A DNA stretch of 63,546 nucleotides, counting the filler, from Stramenopiles sp. TOSAG23-6 (taxonomy: Eukaryota): assembly GCA_900128565.1 (NCBI GenBank). It is 10 parts of 10 records of this genome, joined end to end, with 100 filler letters (N's around TTAATTAATTAA, not from the genome) between each part and the next. Parts side by side here need not be neighbours in the genome. Positions count along the whole stretch, not along the records: positions 6,977 to 13,852 come from LT636636.1; positions 13,953 to 20,816 come from LT636637.1; positions 20,917 to 27,772 come from LT636638.1; 7 more parts are not named here. One strand, 5' to 3'. The notes under the pieces are model-generated. The model ran no database searches. It was not told where the DNA came from and saw only the letters and a list, made by a program, of their open reading frames with translations. A program made the translations under genes and the position numbers. Of the stretch, positions 11,666 through 24,350 are shown piece after piece. Numbering within the stretch: the stretch's first letter is position 1; each line of letters begins with the position of its first letter.

Positions 11666-11809
11666 AGGATCCAGTAAATTCTATAAATAAATGAATTTGG
11701 TCAATGAAGGATCCAGTAAATTCTATAAATAAATGGAGTGATGGTTGTGTTGATTTTTTATACAACTTTATGATTTATTGTTATAATCTTTCTTTTAGAA
11801 CTAGTCAGG

Positions 11810-13411
11810 TTATAATCTTCCTTTTAAAGCTAGTCGAGAGGCAGCATCAATGAGAACATCTTCGCTTCCACCAGGTATCGAAAGGGAAAGCACATGACGA
11901 TACAAGCTCTCTACTTTATTACCTTTCACATACGCATTTCCCCCTTGAAGATGTGCTGCAGATCGAGCACAGAACTCGAACGTTCTTGTAGATTGTACCT
12001 TGGCTAGTGCAGCTTCAGCACCTATTTTAAGTATTGCATCAAACCAATCATCTCCTCGACGTTCGATTGCCACAAGTCGGTACGCTAAAGCTTCAATGTA
12101 GGCATGAGTGACTTCAACTTTTCGGGCCATCTCGGCAACTTTATACCTGACAACTGGTTGGTTTTCTAACTACAATTTTTTAATATGACAAATAAAATGT
12201 TTATATTGAGTACAAACTATAAGTTCATATAATTCGCGTATGAGTTATTATTACAAAATTTCAAAAAAAATGTTAGGTACAAAATTTCATACAAAACATA
12301 CCTTTTTACCGAAAGCTCGGCGCCATTTGATGTATTCGACACTTTCCTGGAGACAAATCCTACTGAATCTGTTTGCTTGGATGGCGAGACCTAATCTTTC
12401 TGTTACAAAATTTCTCAGTAATGTATGGATCCCTCCTATCAAGTTACATGCAGGGACTTTCACATTATTAAATTCTACAAATGCAGTTCCAGATCCAGAT
12501 ACACCCATGCATTTCATTGGTCTAGTCTCAATACCATCACGAGAGCGTTCGATTAAAAGGAGTTCTATACCTAAGATACCAGAATCCTCATCACCAGTTC
12601 TGACTGCAACAGTAAAAAAATCGGCAAACATACCGTTTGTTATCCATTTTTTAATTCCATTTACGGTGTATGTATTTTGGAAAAATATTTCAAAAAAAAA
12701 ACCAAAATTTGTTAGGTACAAAATTGCGTACGAAAAAAAAATCGAAATTGAAAAAAAAAAAAACATACATGTTGAACCATCATCAGAAAGAACAGCAGTT
12801 GTTTTTAATCCACCTACATCACTTCCAGCAGCGGGCTCACTTACTGCCAAACATATTCTCTTATCTCCATTGATGCAAGGAACAGCAACGTTTTGTTGTA
12901 AGTATTCTCCGTTTTCAGTACCTTCAATTACTGCAAATAAAATTGGTGGTAATCCAATGCCAAAACCACCAATTAATCCCCATACAACCCCACCGGATCC
13001 ACATCTAGACAATTCATCGTGAGCAATAAGTGTAAAGAAGCCATCAAAAGATTCAGGTTTTGGCCCACCGCAAAGATTTTCTCGCCAACCGGAAAGTGCA
13101 GATAAAATACCTACTTCTGCAGCTTTCTTATACGCTGTTAAAGGGACTTCACCTGATTCTTCCCATGCTTCGACGTTTGGATTCACGTACTTTTCCACAT
13201 AGTCACGACACTTCTTTCTCCAGATACGATGGTGCTCATTATAATATGGAGACGCTTTGGAAGAGTCATACCAAACTGGTTCTGCCCAGGGGTTCAGTGC
13301 ATACAATATGTCGACTTTAGAAAGAGTAAATGAAGAGTGTTGTTACAGAATACAATAGTATTGATTACTTTACATAGAAAATACTGTTTTCGATCCAAAA
13401 GTGGACGACAT
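11810..13411 (-). CDS. Acyl-CoA dehydrogenase, at least 3 exons (candidate short first exon MSSTFGSKT at 13385-13411 is uncertain)
   Basis: CLAVSEPAAGSDV, DDGST|YTVNGIKKWITNG, RAFGKK|LENQPVVRYKVAEM, QGGNAY, IPGGSEDV. Confidence 0.92.
12170..12301 (-). mobile_element. Family-related intron, GT-AG (AG/AG)
   Basis: FGKK|LENQPVVR. The core motif sits near the 5' end. Confidence 0.85.
12670..12768 (-). mobile_element. Family intron, GT-AT (AT/AT), 99 nt
   Basis: DDGST|YTVNGIKKWITNG. Confidence 0.9.
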
Positions 13412-13762
13412 ATTATTTTGAAAAGAAAACAAGCAAGGATGATGATTTCACCTGCTTTGAACTATATTAAATATTCAATGCACCAGCGACACGAGTAAGC
13501 TTGAAGAAAAAAAAAGAAGCAAGGTTATTCCCTTTCAAATTTTAACTGTAATAAAATTACTACCTCAAAAAATGGCAGAATCAAAATCAAACCAGCAAAA
13601 AACAAAAAAAACTATTGAACACGAAATAAATGATTTCTTTCTGTGGTGATCATGAAAGAAAAAATGTTTGCTGACTGAGTCTTGATGTACATAAAATATG
13701 TCCTAAAAAATTCATATAAATGATTTTGATTTATAATTTTTATAAAAGTCACTTTCTTACAG

Positions 13763-13793
13763 ACCTAGTACCACGGCGAACAATGGTGTTGAA
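13763..13793 (-). CDS. Probable short terminal exon (STPLFAVVLGL*) of a gene broken at the contig end
   Basis: Follows a family-type intron 3' end (CCAAAATAC-TT) on the minus strand. Confidence 0.35.
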
Positions 13794-13997
13794 AGTATTT
13801 TGGAAAAATATTTCAAAAAAAAATCGTTAGGTACAAAATTTCGTACGAAAAANNNNNNNNNNNNNNNNNNNNNNNNNNNNNNNNNNNNNNNNNNNNTTAA
13901 TTAATTAANNNNNNNNNNNNNNNNNNNNNNNNNNNNNNNNNNNNNNNNNNNNTTTGTACCTAACGATTTTTTTTAGATTTTTTTTGAAATATTTTTT

Positions 13998-16774
13998 CAA
14001 AATACATAACTGGAGTAGATGCAACAGCAACAACAACGACACGTTCAGCTTCACGCTCATCTGTGATTTCCTCAGTTTCAGTTACACCTCCAGAGAGTCT
14101 TCCATCTAATCTATCAAAACCTCCTATCACTGGTACGGATGTAACTCGTTCAGCATCACGTTCATCTGTAACTTCATCAGTCTCAGTAACCCCCCCGGAA
14201 ATGAATAATGATTCTTTAGGTCGTCCTCCGTCTCGTCTCTCTGTGTTATCTGCGCAATCAACAACACCTCCAGATACAAGTAGACCTGAAGACATTACAA
14301 ATCAAATAGATAATAGGAGAGATGATACCGCGAGGAGTAGAAATGATGCATTAGCACTTCAAATAGATAGGATTCAAGCCCGTCGCTTTGCATGGAGACC
14401 TGATTTTGACATAATTAACCGAGACAAATTATTTGTAGAAGATAACACAGTCACTTTTGATTATTCAACTGGTCATTTACAACAACGAATCACATACTCA
14501 GGTACAATAGCAAATGAATTCAATCTTAAAATTTTCCCTTTTGATTGCCATTTTCTTACTATTGTATGTGGTAGCGGTCTTGGAACACCTTCGCTAGCGG
14601 CTGATGGAGCTAGGATATCTGAAGCATTAGATATAAATAAAATTATTACACATTTACGACCCTCACAATTTATGGAGGATAGTTTAAGTGATGCACTAGA
14701 GTCAAGAGTATCTCGACAAATGTTGGAGTGGAATTTTGATGTTGAACAAACGAGTACATTTGAGTTTGCTTGTGGTATACGCTCGGGTGATGTAGTTACC
14801 AACGAAACGGACAATATTTTTATTGATGGTGCTATAGAAACAAATGACGACTTGAATACATCATCATTTGATGATTGGAGAATGTTTGAAGATAGTGGGG
14901 AAACAAAGTATGAAGTATATAGTCTGGCAAATAACGATAAAACGATAAAGAAGAAAAAACAAAAGTGGAAACTAAATCAAATAGTTCCACAAATGAAAAG
15001 ACAATCAAGTATAAAGCCTCAGCCATCAAGAGCATCTGAGGTAGCGAATGGATTAGCCATTCGAGTTCAAGGTTTTGAAGTATCTCTGCCGGTTCGAAGG
15101 CGTAGTGAGTGGTATGTAAAAAAATGTATGGTAATATTTAACCTGATACTTGCAATGTCTTGGACGACTGCAGTATTTGATTTAGAATCAACGAATCGAT
15201 TTGATTGTCTTGGTGCATTTTTACTTTCATCACTTGCATTTCTCTACGTTGTCAATGATAGTTTACCAAAGCTTCCCTTTTTGACGATATTTGATGAAAT
15301 GATAATGGCGGGATTTCTCAACATTGGAGCATTGTATATGGAGAGTATAATAGCATGGAGGTTTAAACAATCATTTGGAGATGTTTCGTCTTTTGACATA
15401 TCTGCTTGCTTTTGTATTTGTTCACTGTACATTTTGTACATGTTCTATCTTGCATTTAAAGTCAAACGTGGTCGGGAAACATTCATGACAGAACTAAGCT
15501 ATCGGCGATTTCGACGTCATAAACAACAAAAAAGTAAAAATATGTGGAAGAATTTAGCTGAAAATCGATCACTCTTTAGTAATAAATTGAATGATATACA
15601 TCTCGGTGGAAAGGAAGAAGAAAATGATGATACATATGACGATAGCTTTAAGATAAATGAACAAATTAGAAAATCAGTATCTCGCCGCCATGCAAAGAAA
15701 GCAGCTGATTTACTTAATTTCTCAGGTTTACAGCAACCAATTGCTGAGAGTATGTCAAGTACACTTCGGCGCACGGTATATGGAAATAGTTACCACAATG
15801 TTTTATCTTCTACATTTAGCAATATTCAGCGCAATAGTCCTAGAGAGAGTGTACTGAGTCACACTCCACCGTCTGTTGCATATGGATCTGGTTATGGATC
15901 TGACTTTGACTTGTCTGGAATTAACCCGGATCATCTTATCAATAAATTAAAAATATCTGCATCGCCTCGGGTACTCAAAACTACTGGATATGGGTTTCAG
16001 CCATTTGACCAGTCACCTTTTGTTGCGGGAAACCAAAGAAAGTTACCTCGAAGTTTTAGTATGCCGAGTGCTTCCAATTTTGAAGGTAAAGACGAAGGTG
16101 TGACAGCGGAAAGTGGAGCAGTAGCTCGAAGAGCTGAAAGAAAACTTCGACGACCGAGACAAAGGAGAAATACAGCTCCCTTTCCTCAACGAAGTAATAG
16201 TTTTGGTTATGGAGGTATTTCTTTTCCAAATACACCTTATAGTGGTATTCAAAAGCGTGATTCATTTGGTTCTGTAAGATCTATGTATTATCGCGACTTT
16301 AGTGGAGAAACACCCAGAGCGATAGGTGGATTCATGTTAGATACACCTACAACTATTGGTGCAACTCCTATGGGTCGTTATACCGGAATGAAAGATGGAG
16401 GACACGGTCATCGAATGTTCTTTGCAGGTCCAATGGCATCTCCATCTCGAAAGCAAAGAAAAGCAGCGTATAAAGAAATGGGAATGTCAACCAAAATGGA
16501 AGAAGAAGCCGAAGAAGAAGACGTTGATAATGATGTCAACATTCAAGAAACTAAGGGGGATAAAAATCAACCAAATATTATAAAGAAGAAAATTGTTACA
16601 AATGTAAATACTGTAGGAGAATATGCAAAGGTGGCCAGAGATGAAAGTAATAGTACTAGTCATGTGGCTACTGAACACCAAAGCAAAGGAAACAAAAATG
16701 CAATACAACATAGATATTCACCTCCACCGACGCTTCAGTCACCCCCTCCTTCTGACAATGTAAAGAAGGAGTAA
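13998..16774 (+). CDS. Pentameric ligand-gated (Cys-loop superfamily) ion-channel-like protein, last exon, with a long C-terminal tail
   Basis: FNLKIFPFDCH (FPFD motif) followed by four hydrophobic helices with LPKLPFLTIFD, matching the M2-M3 LPxxxYLTxxD pattern. Confidence 0.78.
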
Positions 16775-16907
16775 ATTTTTCCAATTAAAAAAAAATCAAA
16801 TTCTTCTTTTTTGTTTTTGTTTTTATTATATTATAATTTGTGTTTTACTGCTTCATTCACCACATTATTTGTGTTTTACATTTTTATTATATTATATTAT
16901 ATTATAT

Positions 16908-19019
16908 TTACTGCTTCACCACATTATTTGTGTAATTATTATTCGATGTCGACGATGCAGTAACAAGTGCTCTAAGCATTAGACTAAGTTTTCTAACTCC
17001 TGTTTTTTCAGATGCACTAATTGGAATGACTGGGAGAGAAGTACAATCACGTAACACACGTGCTCGTTTATCCGTATCAAGATGATCTTTCCAAATATTT
17101 TCCCAGTTCTCATTATTCATTGTGTTTTCATCACTGTCAGTACTAAACACAGACGGATCGATATCTAATTTATTTGCGACGACCATTGCTTTTTTTTTAG
17201 CTAATGAGGGTGAATATTTTTCTAATTCTAACTGTAAAGCTGAAAGATCATCAGATGGACTTCTCATCTCTGAACCTGCAGCATCAACAACATATAGTAA
17301 AACTTTAGTTCGTTCAATATGTCTTAGAAATTCATGCCCAAGACCTTTATTATCATGAGCACCTTCAATTAAACCTGGTAGATCAGCGACTGAGATTGTA
17401 AATCCATCAGCAAAATTAATGATACCAATATGAGGTGTTAAAGTAGTAAATTTATACGCTGCTACTTTTGGCATTGCGCGCGATATAGCACGAATTAATG
17501 TTGACTTGCCTGCGTTAGGAAAGCCAACTAAACCAACATCTGCAATTGATTTCATTTCCAGTGAGAGGAAAGAATGTTCAGGAGCTTCACCTTGGACATG
17601 ATGAACATCAGTGCTTGAATTTGAACCATATAATTGACGTTTTTGTTGGGCCGATAATAAATGTTGTCTTCCAGCGAAACGACCATTACCCATCCCTCCA
17701 TGTCCTCCTTTTGCAGCTAAATATTCAGCACCAGGTTCACTAAGATCAGCGACAACTCGAAGAATTTCCTTTTCATCTCCACCAAGCCATTCTTCTGTGT
17801 TTTCATCCCACGAAATATCTTCATATTCAATATCAACTTCACTTATAACAGTACCTACAGGAACATGTACAATAATATCTTTTCCTGCTTTACCATGACG
17901 TTTTGCACCTTTACCATGCGCTCCAGGTTTTCCTTTAAAATGTCTCTTTGGAAGGGACAACATTTTCAAAGATTCTGTGGCTTTAATGATCACATTCCCT
18001 CCTTTACCACCATTACCACCATCAGGTCTTTTTTTTCCAGGTTGATGAAATTTCAAAAAAGCATTACATCCACTACCACCAAAGCCACCACTTACTTGAA
18101 TTCGTATTCGATCTACAAAACGTTGAGTTTCCTTATTCTCAATTCCTCCATGTACTTTATATGACCGAGCACCATCTTTTGATACGACAGCTGTCCATTC
18201 GCTATTACTTAATTTTGCATTTAATATTTCGTCTTTAGTAAGTTCTGGTGCCGTCCAATCATTACTATTTAATTTTGATATTTGTGATGATTCATTACTA
18301 TTTAATATTGATTGTTCTGTTTCAAAATTATGACTTCTACTTTGTAATCGTTCCTCCTGTGCATCTAAATAAGCTATTTCTGGAACTGACATTATCATTT
18401 GATCTGAAGAAAGTGTATTATTTGGACAAAGAATGGGTGAAACTCCACGATTCCCTTGTTCAACCCATTCACCAGCAGCATCTACAACAGTTTGCGTATC
18501 AATACTATCCTTATCATGACCAAGAGAAGTCATTGCACTTACAGCAGCAGCACGAGCACATGCAGCAGCAAACGCTACATTTTTAGGATCTTTATCAAGC
18601 GAAAAATCCGCAGCCGCTGACGCAGCATGACCGGCAGTTTCTCGGGCAGATAATCCACTAGCAACTGCTTGAGAGGTCGCTTTTTCCGCGCGATCAAATA
18701 CTAAATTCGCACGTTTATCGACATATTCAGAGACATATTTAAACATACGTGTTTCATATAATGAAGAAATTATAGAATTTTTAGTATTTGATGTATCTTT
18801 TGTTGTATTCATTTTGTTTTCTAGTACTGTTGATGTGACATTTGGTTCAGATCGAATGTGTTTTGTTGTATTGTTTGCTGAACCTTTAGGAGCTGAAAGT
18901 TTCTGTTTAAGTTGAGAAAATACATCAACTAGAGATGATAAAGAAGAACGATTGTGATTTGTAGATAAACCACGTCTGGAAAAAGACGATATTCCATACA
19001 TTATGCGTATATTCACCAT
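16908..19019 (-). CDS. MTG2: Obg/CgtA family GTPase, mitochondrial MTG2/GTPBP5-like, with a long N-terminal extension
   Basis: FVDRIRIQVSGGFGGSG, PDGGNGGKGGNV, ADVGLVGFPNAGKSTL, YKFTTLTP, ADLPGLIEGAH, FLRHIER, NKLD, ISA. Confidence 0.9.
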   Translation of the reverse strand: MVNIRIMYGISSFSRRGLSTNHNRSSLSSLVDVFSQLKQKLSAPKGSANNTTKHIRSEPNVTSTVLENKMNTTKDTSNTKNSIISSLYETRMFKYVSEYVDKRANLVFDRAEKATSQAVASGLSARETAGHAASAAADFSLDKDPKNVAFAAACARAAAVSAMTSLGHDKDSIDTQTVVDAAGEWVEQGNRGVSPILCPNNTLSSDQMIMSVPEIAYLDAQEERLQSRSHNFETEQSILNSNESSQISKLNSNDWTAPELTKDEILNAKLSNSEWTAVVSKDGARSYKVHGGIENKETQRFVDRIRIQVSGGFGGSGCNAFLKFHQPGKKRPDGGNGGKGGNVIIKATESLKMLSLPKRHFKGKPGAHGKGAKRHGKAGKDIIVHVPVGTVISEVDIEYEDISWDENTEEWLGGDEKEILRVVADLSEPGAEYLAAKGGHGGMGNGRFAGRQHLLSAQQKRQLYGSNSSTDVHHVQGEAPEHSFLSLEMKSIADVGLVGFPNAGKSTLIRAISRAMPKVAAYKFTTLTPHIGIINFADGFTISVADLPGLIEGAHDNKGLGHEFLRHIERTKVLLYVVDAAGSEMRSPSDDLSALQLELEKYSPSLAKKKAMVVANKLDIDPSVFSTDSDENTMNNENWENIWKDHLDTDKRARVLRDCTSLPVIPISASEKTGVRKLSLMLRALVTASSTSNNNYTNNVVKQ

Positions 19020-19242
19020 AATGAAAAGCTCTTTTTCAGACTACTTGTAAGAACGAGGTAGTCTTTGTTCTTGTTGTCGTGTTGACAGAAACGAGCTGAA
19101 TAAAAAACACAAACCTGCTCATCCGTTGAAAATTTTTACCCGATGACAGAAAGCAACGCTCTTTTTTGTCTCTTTTTGTGCTACAACTCAAAAAAATCTA
19201 TTGAAATTAAAATTATTTTCTAGTATTAACTAGTTATGCCGA

Positions 19243-19848
19243 ATGGTTCAATTTAATAGAGGCCGAGCTATTCAGTCAGATAACACAGCAACTACACCAG
19301 TGGCGTTACCAGCAACAGCATCATTACCCACTGCTGTGATTCTACCTAATGGAATTGCATCTGCAGTTTGGACAGGTGGCGGATATGTGTACGACCTAGA
19401 AGTTGACATGAGAGAAGTAGCAACGCGACAAAATGAGGAACCACCAATAGAATCTCCTCAATTAGTTTGGGCTTGGGGAATATCAGGTAGTGAATATGAT
19501 TCTTTTAGAGGTACGCACACCATTCCAATACAACAAGGTGCTTTGAAGTGGACACTTCGCCAAAGTCCTTCTTTTACAAATTCAACCAATAGCAGTTATG
19601 TTCGCTATGATAATTCACAATATGGCAGAAGTGCTTTTGAACTAGTACGCGGTTACATAAAGATATATCAACATGGCATATGGACAATGAAACTCAGTGG
19701 CTATGGAAAATTCCCAGCTGAAAATGCTGATTTGATTGGGTTAGACACAACACATTTGACTTTTGGATTAGATGGAGTTTTGAGTGGATATACAGAATCC
19801 ATGGAAGATTCTGAGCTTGTCGGCTTCTTCAGTAGCAACCAGGAATAA
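19243..19848 (+). CDS. Hypothetical protein, 201 aa
   Basis: Intronless ORF with globular, Gly/aromatic-rich composition and no recognised family. Confidence 0.55.
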   Translation: MVQFNRGRAIQSDNTATTPVALPATASLPTAVILPNGIASAVWTGGGYVYDLEVDMREVATRQNEEPPIESPQLVWAWGISGSEYDSFRGTHTIPIQQGALKWTLRQSPSFTNSTNSSYVRYDNSQYGRSAFELVRGYIKIYQHGIWTMKLSGYGKFPAENADLIGLDTTHLTFGLDGVLSGYTESMEDSELVGFFSSNQE

Positions 19849-20070
19849 TATTATTTCTTCACATACTTGAAATGGAAGAGAAAAATAAGTCGTTTATTTA
19901 CCACTTCATGTTTTATGAGTAGATAAAATGGGACAAGTTCGAACATAAAATAATTATAAAATAGAAGGCAAAACATTGTCAATGTTGTTTTATTATTTTG
20001 AAAAATATATACTACTTATCAGTATGATTTATTTTGACTTACACTTTTATAAACAAAATCTATCTTTTGT

Positions 20071-20816
20071 TTAATTATTAATGGTATGAATAACCATGCT
20101 TTGTTTGATTATTGCTTGTTTGATTTGTTCGAAACCTTTTACTGAAGCACCCATCTTTATCAACCACTGTACTACTTCTGAGTGACGATTTTTTATTGCA
20201 TCACAAAGACACGTAACAAAATCCCACGGACAAGGTGGATTTTGACTTCTTACCCATTTCAATACTTCCAAGTGACCATTTCGAGCTGCTTCACTACATG
20301 TATCTTCATCCCATGGACAAGGTGGATTTTGACTTCTCAACCATTTCAATACTTCTAGATGTCCATTCCCAGCTGCAGAACAACATGTCAATAAATCCCA
20401 AGGACAACATGGATTTTGTTTTCGTACCCATTTTAATACTTCTAATTGACCATTTTCAGCTGCCCAATTACTTGTATCTTCATTCCATGGACAAGGTGGA
20501 TTTTGACTTCTCAACCATTTCAATACTTCTAACTGACCACCTTCAGCTGCAGATCTACATGTATTTTCATTCCACAGACAAGGTGGATTTTGACTTCTCA
20601 ACCATTTCAATATTTCCAATTGACCATTTAAAGCTGCATAGCAACATGTCCATTCATCCCAAGGACACGGTGGATTTTGACTTCTCAACCATTTCAATAC
20701 TTCCAAGTGACCATTTTCAGCTGCAAAACAACATGTACGCCTATCCCATGGACAAGGTGGATTTTGACTTCTCAACCATTGTAAAAACACTAAGTCACCA
20801 CGCTTAGATGCTATAC
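20071..20816 (-). CDS. Ankyrin-repeat protein of the 'GHLEVLKWLRSQNPPCPWD' type (5' partial)
   Basis: About 8 tandem 25-aa (75-nt) repeats AAxxGxLEVLKWLRSQNPPCPW. Confidence 0.88.
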
Positions 20817-20915
20817 NNNNNNNNNNNNNNNNNNNNNNNNNNNNNNNNNNNNNNNNNNNNTTAATTAATTAANNNNNNNNNNNNNNNNNNNNNNNNNNNN
20901 NNNNNNNNNNNNNNN

Positions 20916-23900
20916 NTTTTCAATTGAATGTTGTTTTCCTATACACGACTAAGCATTTAATAGAAAATTCATGCACGCATTCAATCGATCTTTATGGCTT
21001 AATATTCGTAATGGTTGGTATTTTTGGAAAATTAGCAAGGCTACTGAGAGTGATCTTCGAGCTACTGAAGAGTTGCGAAAACAATTTGGCGAAAGAGTCG
21101 CATTTTATTTTGCGTTTGTGTCCCATTACAATCGTTGGCTCATCCCATTTGGTATATTAGGCTTACTTATTTTCATTGCACATTATTTCCCGTTTGTAAA
21201 TTGGACTTATTATGGTCGCGCAGTTAGTCTTCTAGCGTTTATATCTGTTTCTGTTTGGGCGCCTCTTTTTCTCACCAGTTGGCAACGACAGGAAGCAACT
21301 TTTCGTTTTCTTTGGGGTTGTCCAGAACCTGGAGAAGAAGCCACGGCTACAGAAAATGCACTAAACCATAACAAAGCTGCCAGACCAGATATCTGGTCTT
21401 CAAAGAAAACCCCCAAGTTGAGTGTACAAGTAGAAAATTCTTCAAGTGTGTACAATACACAAGCAAATAGAGATGCTGAAGGTGATGAAAATGTAGATGA
21501 GAATATTCGTAAAAATCCTTATGATGACGGGGCTTCGTCTTTATCTGTTGGTGAATATTCAGAATATTCGGAAACTTTAAAACGACATTTTGAAATTAAT
21601 CCAATCACTGGAAGACCGACGAGACACTTTGATAAATCAGATAGACGACGAAGAGTTACATGCTATGTCATTATATTCTCAATATTTAATTTATTGCTTT
21701 GTATGGCTATTGTACTCCCATTTTTACAATGGTATGTGTGGTCAAAGATGGCACCTACATGTGACTGTTGTGAACACCCAAATGGACCTCACTGTCAAAA
21801 AGATATGCAAGAAATGAAATCATGTCAGCAATTTATAAATTGTTTTGCTTCAGATTCGTCCACAATTGGTACAGATCGGTGGGTTTATATATTGGTTCAG
21901 GGTATTGCTTTAGGTTTGACAATTGATGTATTCCAAACTGCATTTTTCGAATGGGCCACAGAAAAATTTGTTAAAATGGAAAATTGGCCAACTGAAGCTC
22001 AGAGAATGCGTTCTTTAGTTCGTAAACAATTTGCGTACATGTGGGTGAATTGGTTTTTCTGGTTTTTATTTTTAGCTTTTGTGTATGTTCCATTTGGAGA
22101 CAAACTATTTGGTATTCTAAAAGCAATTGGTCTTGGTAAAATAGTACCAAGAGGTGGGTGGAGAAATGGCATAATTAATTTAGATCAATTATTTGTGACA
22201 CCTTTAATTGTGACACAATTACTAAATCTTTTATTACAGACTTTGGTACCAACAATCAAAACACAATTTTATCTTAATAGTGTCCGTCGGTATAGAAAGA
22301 TTTCTCGTGCAGCACGGAGATTTTCTCGACGCATTCTTCGTCGGGGTCCGTATACACCGGTGACATCTATTGCTTCAAAACTTCATACGATTACTTTAGA
22401 AAATTTTGGGATAGATATTGAGACTGTTGAAAAGGTTCTTGTAGATGGAAAAGCTTGGATCAGTATGAGTGATAATAATTCAAATGAATTAAATAAAGAG
22501 AAATCTTTGCAGTTTTCATGTACACAAAGTAAGAAAGACGAAACAAGTGAATCCAATAATAATAATAATTCTAGTAAAGTCGTTGAAGATCTTGCCGTAA
22601 ATGTAAACTCAAAGACTGATATTATTGAAGGTGACAATGTAACGAAAATGAGTTATCGCGACACAGAAATAAATTCACATGTAAGTTCTTCTCAATTTGA
22701 TTCAGAGATTACTGATTTGGAGAAAGAATTTCAGAGAGAACGGCGAGGAAAATGCGGAAAATTTTGTTTCAATTTATGTGTAAATTGTTGTTGCTGTAAT
22801 TGTTTTTATGCTGATCCTGAGTTCTCATCTATTGAAGGTCGCGATTCTGTTGAAATTCTACACGAAGCTCGACAAATAGAGTATAGTCCACACAAGGATT
22901 ATTTAGATATTGTGATTGAGTTTTGTTACGTGACTCTTTTTACTTCGTGTTGGCCATTAGTTCCATTCTGTTGTATGATTAAAAATGCATTAGAGCTTCG
23001 AGCGGATGCATTCAAGATGCTCTGGGCATATCGTAGAGCTGTGCCAAGACGAGATAATTCAATTGGCGAATGGTTTAATGCAATGCGTTTCCAAAATATC
23101 TTAGCAATTCCTGTATGTTGCGGATTGATCGTTCTTGCGACTGGTCAGTTTACATATTGGATACCAGAATGTGCGAATCGTTGTCGTGACACATTTCATG
23201 ATAAAGCTACATGTATTGCCCAAATCAATTGTGATTGGTTGGAGAATCATCATGAGTGTGGAATAAAACAGGAGTTTATACCGGATTATGATTGCATTGG
23301 TTCGTTTTCTGGTAGATTAGGTGCTTTTGCTGTATTAGAACATTTAGCACTTTTGACAATGTTTATTCTAATAGCTCTGATGGCAAAATCTTCAAGAGTT
23401 TTGGAGCGATCTAAACGATTAAAGAAAGATGCTAGACTTGAAAGAGTCCAGCGTGAATTTATGCTTCCAGTATTACCCCGGGCCACGCTAAAGCAACTTC
23501 GTTTTATATTTAGTGCCATTATTCAAAGCTCGGAAGTACATCCTTCCGAGGAACGTATTAGTAGTACTAGACTTCGTACTTCTCCTATTGTAAAAGGAAG
23601 ATGTCGGGCTGAAACTGCATTTGGTGGGCTTGCAAAGCTTTCTAAGGATGGAGCTTTAATTCAATCATCATCCAATATTGCAAAGTGTTGGCTCAATCGT
23701 GAAGAATCAAATTTATTTTTTCGCACTTTATTAGAACAAGGTAATTCCGAAGATGATGTAAATTCTGAGATTACAAAAGAGTTGTCAATAGAGCAGTTAG
23801 ATGCTCTTTGGGTACTTTGTCTGATGGATGGTGATCGATATGGTTTGACATTTGCTGAAATATGCTTAGGTCTAGCTCTTGCTCACGAATCGCCAGCATT

Positions 23901-24207
23901 TACATTTCTTGAAAAGTTTCAACCAAACTTATTTGGCGGTGGCAAGAGAGAAATATTTGGACGAGGTGCGGACGATAAAAATGATTTTACGTCTAAGTCT
24001 ATTTCAAATGTATACTCAGAAGCAAATGATTGGATATCACTTTCTCCTAGTAAGACGAGACATAACAGTATCCAACGCAATAAAAGCAGTGGAAACCTCA
24101 AAACGCCAGGTGTTAGATTTAGAGGATTATTGTATACATCTCCAGAATCAATCTCTTCTGAAGCAAATCTGCGTGGTTGTATTAATCGGTTGAATAAAAT
24201 TCAATAA
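20916..24207 (+). CDS. Anoctamin / TMEM16 family protein (5' partial)
   Basis: LRKQFGERVAFYFAF, ENWPT, DYLDIVIEFCYVTLF, PLVP, NALELRADAFK, RRAVPRRDNSIGEW, EH motif. Confidence 0.9.
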
Positions 24208-24350
24208 ATTATGTTATACAGAATTCTCCAACTCTGTGTCTGTTAAAATCATTTCAATTAGATTGAATAATCTAAAAAATACTTTCAGTGTTTTTCATTA
24301 GTACATGCAATAATTTATATTAATGTATGAATTTTTATTTCGTACAACAA

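Noticed and set aside
12670-12770. U12-type (minor spliceosome) AT-AC introns
   Set aside because: Sliding 2 nt gives AT...AC, but the 5' sequence is ATGTATGT rather than ATATCCTT and the branch is not TCCTTAAC. Several members would start TA, AG, AC or TT in that register.
20225-20790. Regular 75-nt repeats resembling a CRISPR array
   Set aside because: These are coding ankyrin repeats without unique spacers, in a eukaryotic context with no cas genes.
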